39,897 bases of DNA, from NCBI GenBank assembly GCA_032718475.1, contig JAUCBJ010003460.1, positions 1-39,897 of the forward strand, read 5' to 3'. This document shows positions 35,601 to 39,897 of this stretch, piece by piece. This stretch comes from Nemertoderma westbladi. Lineage: Eukaryota > Animalia > Xenacoelomorpha. The position numbers were made by a program, and so were the translations under genes. The notes beneath the pieces were generated by a model. The model saw only the letters and a program-made list of their open reading frames with translations. It had not been told where the DNA came from and ran no database searches. The number at the start of each line of letters is the position of its first letter. The stretch's first letter is position 1.

Positions 35601-38600
35601 AGGACCAGTAGCAAAGAGAGGGGGAAGTCAGCTGATAGCAGAACCTCGGGTTAGTGAATGCGGACCGGTAGCAAAGAGAGGGGGGAGTCAGCTGATAGTA
35701 GAACCTCGGGTTAGTGAATGCGGACCGGAGGCAAAGAGAGGGGGGAGTCAGCTGATAGTAGAACCTCGGGTTAGTGAATGCGGACCGGTAGCAAAGAGAG
35801 GGGGAAGTCAGCTGATAGTAAAACCTCGGGTTAGTGAATGTGCGAACCGGTAGCAAAGAGAGAGGGAAGTCAGCTGATAGCAGAACCTCGGGTTGGTTAA
35901 TGCAGACCGGTAACAAAGAGAGGGGAGAGTCAGCTGATAGCAGAACCTCGGGTAAGAGAATGCGGACCGGTAAAAAAGATAGGGGAGAGTCAGCTGATAG
36001 TAGAACCTCGGGTTAGTGAATGCGGACCGGTAGCAAAGAGAGGGGAAGTCAGCTGATAGTAGAACCTCGGGTTAGTGAATGCGGACCGGTAGCAAAGAGA
36101 GAGGGAAGATAGCTAATAGCAGAACCTCGGGTTAGTGAATGCGGACCGGTAGCAAAGAGAGGGGGAAGTCAGCTGATAGCAGAACCTCGGGTTAGTGAAT
36201 GTGCGAACCGGTAGCAAAGAGAGAGGGAAGTCAGCTGATAGCAGAACCTCGGGTTGGTTAATGCAGACCGGTAACAAAGAGAGGGGAGAGTCAGCTGATA
36301 GTAGAACCTCGGGTTAGTGAATGCGGACCGGTAGCAAAGAGAGGGGGAAGTCAGCTGATAGCAGAACCTCGGGTTAGTGAATGTGCGAACCGGTAGCAAA
36401 GAGAGAGGGAAGTCAGCTGATAGCAGAACCTCGGGTTGGTTAATGCAGACCGGTAACAAAGGGAGGGGAGAGTCAGCTGATAGTAGAACCTCGGGTTAGT
36501 GAATGCGGACCGGTAGCAAAGAAAGGGGGAAGTCAGCTGATAGCAGAACCTCGGGTTAGTGAATGTGCGAACCGGTAGCAAAGAGAGAGGGAAGTCAGCT
36601 GATAGCAGAACCTCGGGTTGGTTAATGCAGACCGGTAACAAAGAGAGGGGAGAGTCAGCTGATAGTAGAACCTCGGGTTAGTGAATGCAGACCGGTAGCA
36701 AAGAGAGGGGGAAGTCAGCTGATAGCAGAACCTCGGGTTAGTGAATGTGCGAACCGGTAGCAAAGAGAGAGGTAAGTCAGCTGATAGCAGAACCTCGGGT
36801 AGTGAATGCGGACCGGTAGCAAAGAGAGAGGGAAGTCAGCTGATAGCAGAACCTCGGGTTAGTGAATGCGGACCGGAGGCAAAGAGAGGGGGAAGTCAGT
36901 TGATAGCAGAACCTCAGGTTAGTGAATATGCGAACCGGTAGCAAAGAGAGAGGGAAGACAGCTGATAGCAGAACCTCGGGTTGGTTAATGCAGACCGGTA
37001 GCAAAGAGAGGGGGAAGTCAGCTGATAGTAGAACCTCGGGTTAGTGAATGTGGCCCGGTAGCAAAGAGAGGGGGAAGTCAGCTGATAGTAGAACCTCGGG
37101 TTAGTGAATGCGGACCGGTAGCAAAGAGAGGGGAAGTCAGCTGATAGCAGAACCTCGGGTTAGTGAATGTGCGAACCGGTAGCAAAGAGAGAGGGAAGTC
37201 AGCTGATAGCAGAACCTCGGGTTAGTGAATGTGGCCCGGTAGCAAAGAGAGGGGGAAGTCAGCTGATAGTAGAACCTCGGGTTAGTGAATGCGGACCGGT
37301 AGCAAAGAGAGAGGGAAGTCAGCTGATAGCAGAACCTCGGGTTGGTTAATGCAGACCGGTAACAAAGAGAGGGGAGAGTCAGCTGATAGCAGAACCTCGG
37401 GTAAGTGAATGCGGACCGGTAAAAAAGATAGGGGAGAGTCAGCTGATAGTAGAACCTCGGGTTAGTGAATGCGGACCGGTAGCAAAGAGAGGGGAAGTCA
37501 GCTGATAGTAGAACCTCGGGTTAGTGAATGCGGACCGGTAGCAAAGAGAGAGGGAAGACAGCTAATAGCAGAACCTCGGGTTAGTGAATGCGGACCGGTA
37601 GCAAAGAGAGGGGGAAGTCAGCTGATAGCAGAACCTCGGGTTAGTGAATGTGCGAACCGGTAGCAAAGAGAGAGGGAAGTCAGCTGATAGCAGAACCTCG
37701 GGTTGGTTAATGCAGACCGGTAACAAAGAGAGGGGAGAGTCAGCTGATAGTAGAACCTCGGGTTAGTGAATGCGGACCGGTAGCAAAGAGAGGGGGAAGT
37801 CAGCTGATAGCAGAACCTCGGGTTAGTGAATGTGCGAACCGGTAGCAAAGAGAGAGGGAATTCAGCTGATAGCAGAACCTCGGGTTGGTTAATGCAGACC
37901 GGTAACAAAGGGAGGGGAGAGTCAGCTGATAGTAGAACCTCGGGTTAGTGAATGCGGACCGGTAGCAAAGAAAGGGGGAAGTCAGCTGATAGCAGAACCT
38001 CGGGTTAGTGAATGTGCGAACCGGTAGCAAAGAGAGAGGGAAGTCAGCTGATAGCAGAACCTCGGGTTGGTTAATGCAGACCGGTAACAAAGAGAGGGGA
38101 GAGTCAGCTGATAGTAGAACCTCGGGTTAGTGAATGCAGACCGGTAGCAAAGAGAGGGGGAAGTCAGCTGATAGCAGAACCTCGGGTTAGTGAATGTGCG
38201 AACCGGTAGCAAAGAGAGAGGTAAGTCAGCTGATAGCAGAACCTCGGGTTAGTGAATGCGGACCGGTAGCAAAGAGAGAGGGAAGTCAGCTGATAGCAGA
38301 ACCTCGGGTTAGTGAATGCGGACCGGAGGCAAAGAGAGGGGGAAGTCAGTTGATAGCAGAACCTCAGGTTAGTGAATGTGCGAACCGGTAGCAAAGAGAG
38401 AGGGAAGACAGCTGATAGCAGAACCTCGGGTTGGTTAATGCAGACCGGTAGCAAAGAGAGGGGGAAGTCAGCTGATAGTAGAACCTCGGGTTAGTGAATG
38501 TGGCCCGGTAGCAAAGAGAGGGGGAAGTCAGCTGATAGTAGAACCTCGGGTTAGTGAATGCGGACCGGTAGCAAAGAGAGGGGAAGTCAGCTGATAGCAG

Positions 38601-39897
38601 AACCTCGGGTTAGTGAATGTGCGAACCGGTAGCAAAGAGAGAGGGAAGTCAGCTGATAGCAGAACCTCGGGTTAGTGAATGTGGCCCGGTAGCAAAGAGA
38701 GGGGGAAGTCAGCTGATAGTAGAACCTCGGGTTAGTGAATGCGGACCGGTAGCAAAGAGAGGGGAAGTCAGCTGATAGCAGAACATCGGGTTAGTGAATG
38801 CGGACCGGTAACAAAGAGAGGGGGGGGGGGTGAGCTGATGGCAGAACCTCGGGTTAGTGAATGTGCGAACCGGTAGCAAAGAGAGAGGGAAGTCAGCTGA
38901 TAGCAGAACCTCGGGTTAGTGAATGTGGCCCGGTAGCAAAGAGAGGGGGAAGTCAGCTGATAGCAGAACCTCAGGTTAGTGAATGCGGACCGGTAGCAAA
39001 GAGAGAGGGAAGTCAGCTGATAGCAGAACCTCGGGTTAGTGAATGCGGACCGGTAGCAAAGAGAGAGGGAAGTCAGCTGATAGCAGAACCTCGGGTTAGT
39101 GAATGCGGACCGGAGGCAAAGAGAGGGGGAAGTCAGTTGATAGCAGAACCTCAGGTTAGTGAATGTGCGAACCGGTAGCAAAGAGAGAGGGAAGACAGCT
39201 GATAGCAGAACCTCGGGTTAGTGAATGCGGACCGTTAGCAAAGAGAGAGGGAAGTCAGCTGATAGTAGAACCTCGGGTTAGTGAATGTGGCCCGGTAGCA
39301 AAGAGAGGGGGAAGTCAGCTGATAGCAGAACCTCAGGTTAGTGAATGCGGACCGGTAGCAAAGAGAGAGGGAAGTCAGCTGATAGCAGAACCTCGGGTTA
39401 GTGAATGCGGACCGGTAGCAAAGAGAGAGGGAAGTCAGCTGATAGCAGAACCTCGGGTTAGTGAATGCGGACCGGTTCACATTATTATTATTGTTTAATG
39501 TTTCAGTTCGTTTCAAAGACACAAGCAGCGATGCCGTGGTGGAATCAGCTGTATCTAGTCGGCCCCCGTCTCAGCCAATCAGCGAGTCTCTGAGTTCGTT
39601 GATTAGCCAACAGATGGCGCGTCTCGATCGCGACAAACGAGAAGGCGGCCAATTAGGATTGGGTGACGTTGGTGACTCACAACTTAGGAATCTGGATGAA
39701 TGGGTTTATGCAGAGCACTTCCCACCTAACATATTGGTTCAGGTAGGAATCATTAAATTGCAGAGACAATTTATTTATTTGATAATTTTAAATTTTACAA
39801 TAATACCAATAACATTCCCTAATCGATTTTTTTCATTTAGATTTTGGAGGACGCCCGATACACGTTGCCTTGCATGGATACTTACTACCACCGTAGC
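14532..39897 (+). CDS. SPAG17: Sperm-associated antigen 17 (PF6 homolog, axonemal central apparatus), spliced, partial at both ends; 13 exons listed separately
   Basis: Joined exons give [110 protein letters not shown] and CMDTYYH, collinear with the recalled human SPAG17 N-terminal region. All introns are GT-AG with matching phases. Confidence 0.93.
14817..14934 (+). CDS. SPAG17: SPAG17 exon B
   Basis: ttacag|[22 protein letters not shown]...KGGK|gttagt; the phase-0 donor is required by exon C. Confidence 0.88.
14904..15870 (+). repeat. 40-bp tandem array (about 24 copies) of exon B end + splice donor
   Basis: Unit TAAAACATCAGTTACATCAAAAGGCGGTAAG|GTTAGTACC; the first unit overlaps exon B. 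Confidence 0.95.
16409..16634 (+). CDS. SPAG17: SPAG17 exon C
   Basis: ctttag|DAKGKPKS...[22 protein letters not shown]...|gttagt; ends phase 1. Confidence 0.92.
16648..17031 (-). mobile_element. RTE-clade LINE 3' fragment
   Basis: Translation [11 protein letters not shown]...LWRPRG...GKPMTF...LKDTGL...MGDR resembles the RTE ORF2 C-terminus; (GTA)n tail. Confidence 0.78.
18709..24666. repeat. 15-bp satellite, ~6 kb, about 400 copies, in SPAG17 intron C-D
   Basis: Unit GTTTACTCTACT(A/T)GT. The 15-nt phase is kept throughout, producing the spurious VFTLL and VYSTS ORFs. Confidence 0.97.
25287..25450 (+). CDS. SPAG17: SPAG17 exon D
   Basis: ttgcag|[14 protein letters not shown]...PPTQT|gttagt; phase 1 to 0. 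Confidence 0.82.
25668..25855 (+). CDS. SPAG17: SPAG17 exon E
   Basis: tcctag|[10 protein letters not shown]...[10 protein letters not shown]...LFDLARL...|gtttgt; phase 0 to 2. Confidence 0.9.
26148..29558 (-). CDS. BAIAP3: BAIAP3/Munc13-4 (UNC13D) family C2-MUN-C2 vesicle-priming protein, intronless, nested antisense in SPAG17 intron E-F
   Basis: 1136-aa open frame. C2A ([12 protein letters not shown]...PYCML...PQWNQQFSF...LSVWD...FLGQIEIPL...GVDQWFKL); MUN-region motifs ([46 protein letters not shown]); C2B ([10 protein letters not shown]...NLNPCF...VMDRN...DSFMGE). Orthology versus UNC13D was not resolved. Confidence 0.85.
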   Translation of the reverse strand: MSGSDTSLSTGLSSLPLIGRLFHRPHWLQTTSDFSTDTDSESDDESSDMLIEIRRKSSCRKHTDAIYPLRRRHSYRKFQNQLEMFYRSILRSIVSLIGQFDLLDNNVEITTEMLADHVQTVFGVDRKKHERWLKHEIKTSRNQLTLHCTVVEAKSLKAHDLISLCSPYCMLDVQTESNKFDVVPGMKHISRSDTDENSRSPQWNQQFSFELRNFDEEFLHLSVWDESSGELCCEEALFGKSLFNAKKDESHCFLGQIEIPLKYISCTGVDQWFKLHSRGWMTSLGITGEVRLCIEFASSKNADISANTLYGTYSTEDFYSLCHQLHKYEALQYSLIHSEPWKGPLSLTSRIIINHFAVQCRLSQLEKGMIMLVVILQWHVHHSVEDTTLMNAVDNVNKSCEVATRASKSATHHLTKKLSHFEITKLLKLVKTFSDEMIEDLGKLALFLPLATDVFNCLVDRWKFLNHLLSMNVWKHITPQSPKCAFAGRTSTLIKESVTQWVTEKINPSETLVVTRVKNIRIATEEMARALNRPYKHYIDFFNVYDIDYYKVVFATLDKILGSKARQILEDLDRYQLCNQNCQEIIVSTSRASIRLYMVLKGLVSMLGNTFADRIPRELTLRGYQKWFNKALIFWLQTFKTEAVRRVHKALVLDADVTTIDADVRFSHSSLDVLSCFEAITAEWGQIEYKDIDSQSLAVTKITDMICDCAVIYTEEVYEHLVNKYLNESQRSGEFDVTAKLCTALNNIEHVRQYMEKLPGLLKWKWVACEVQLVHSDDLVGTKYLDTLNRLLTTANREIDAKCTSVIHQIGDKMTPDIKRYVNYLVAKVGNQRGSDMLMGYLDNNLYTLNSRLMSSLYPTVVKAVWTVLMKSIFQGLVNGQEPEYYLKIGRELSGLEVYFQRCRIPMEEFRNEDHKSLKALLRLNSLTTVELIQEYYRSVEENSLTNTADYGQVTIRTGFMEETGNKYTICVRLEDAANLIGMDRNGLSDPYAIVDLIPENRFPSWKSYKTGVQDRNLNPCFGISFHFGAVPRNKFRSDAAAIRVTVMDRNVFLSDSFMGETYVPLRNVTQMAVGVAEDVLDQIVLPLIKPADSEGPFQILKARSFWDKIAKSFVSKRMKLIGQYLPPPGHDKDNI
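29987..30270 (-). mobile_element. tRNA-derived SINE
   Basis: Minus-strand A-box TGGTATAGTGG (30263-30253) and B-box GGTTCGATCC (30220-30211), 32 nt apart; body of about 200 bp; (TTTAC)n tail at 30012-29987. Confidence 0.8.
30253..31753. repeat. 22-bp tandem array (about 68 copies) derived from the SINE 5' end/A-box
   Basis: Unit CCACTATACCAAGGTGGAACCT. Confidence 0.97.
31942..32086 (+). CDS. SPAG17: SPAG17 exon F
   Basis: ttatag|[29 protein letters not shown]...|gtatgt; phase 2 to 0. Confidence 0.9.
32152..32302 (-). repeat. Copy of the ~160-bp dispersed repeat family
   Basis: Reverse-complement match to 13569-13734 (CAGATAG...CCCTCTCCAG...TTTATTGTTTTGGTT...ACTGTAACCTGCT). Confidence 0.65.
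32367..32606 (+). CDS. SPAG17: SPAG17 exon G
   Basis: tctcag|EPKPVV...[31 protein letters not shown]|gtaggt. Confidence 0.93.
33081..33368 (+). CDS. SPAG17: SPAG17 exon H
   Basis: atttag|[13 protein letters not shown]...LDSGLAARL...LNPQQ|gtgcgt. Confidence 0.9.
33505..33760. mobile_element. Degenerate foldback-type MITE
   Basis: Left GGACAATTGCCC versus several right-hand GGGGGCAATTGTC-like repeats. Confidence 0.5.
33863..34048 (+). CDS. SPAG17: SPAG17 exon I
   Basis: tcgcag|[10 protein letters not shown]...[15 protein letters not shown]|gtttgt. Confidence 0.9.
34093..35021. mobile_element. Non-autonomous TIR element, possibly Kolobok-like
   Basis: GGGACCATTAaCCCAAAT / ATTTGGGgTAATGGTCCC inverted termini with degenerate TTAA-like flanks; fills most of intron I-J. 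Confidence 0.6.
35160..35337 (+). CDS. SPAG17: SPAG17 exon J
   Basis: ttctag|[10 protein letters not shown]...LIPWDFPF...QDE|gtaagt; ends phase 1. Confidence 0.88.
35482..35649 (+). CDS. SPAG17: SPAG17 exon K (low-complexity linker)
   Basis: tttcag|VEETKPSV...SADSRTS|gttagt; phase 1 to 1; tandem NAG acceptors (cag tag tag aag). Confidence 0.75.
35597..39476 (+). repeat. ~60-bp tandem array (about 64 copies) of exon K end + splice donor, with higher-order structure
   Basis: Unit ATGCGGACCGGTAGCAAAGAGAGGGGGAAGTCAGCTGATAGCAGAACCTCGG|GTTAGTGA. Confidence 0.97.
39507..39742 (+). CDS. SPAG17: SPAG17 exon L
   Basis: tttcag|RFKDTSS...[22 protein letters not shown]|gtagga; phase 1 to 0. Confidence 0.9.
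39841..39897 (+). CDS. SPAG17: SPAG17 exon M (partial)
   Basis: atttag|[19 protein letters not shown], running off the window. Confidence 0.88.
   Translation, partial: MLEDARYTLPCMDTYYHRS

Noticed and set aside
14904-39476. CRISPR-like appearance of regular repeats
   Set aside because: Units are head-to-tail with no unique spacers, there are no cas genes, and the context is eukaryotic.
35470-39522. Many short repeated ORFs on both strands
   Set aside because: Translations of the 60-bp array; only exon K has splice-phase support.

Overview
AT-rich animal (probably invertebrate) genomic DNA, not prokaryotic. The backbone is a spliced + strand gene, SPAG17/PF6 (axonemal central-pair protein): 13 phase-consistent GT-AG coding exons run from 14532 to the window end, and its N-terminal exons were not found in the window. 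An intronless 1136-aa BAIAP3/Munc13-4-type C2-MUN-C2 gene lies antisense inside a SPAG17 intron, and an intronless secreted group XII phospholipase A2 lies at 11978-12514. The left 11 kb is transposon DNA: a young but defective BEL/Pao LTR retrotransposon, followed by a three-level nest of non-autonomous DNA transposons with intact TIRs and TSDs. Five tandem arrays (units of about 29, 40, 15, 22 and 60 bp) fill about 12.6 kb. Two of them amplify a SPAG17 exon end together with its splice donor, and one amplifies a SINE Pol III A-box. The most striking signal is in the BEL/Pao element, which has no recognisable tRNA primer-binding site: the 37 nt just inside its 5' LTR are perfectly complementary to a segment within the LTR, suggesting Tf1-like self-primed reverse transcription. 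Protein identifications come from remembered motifs, not database searches, and copy numbers are length/unit estimates.
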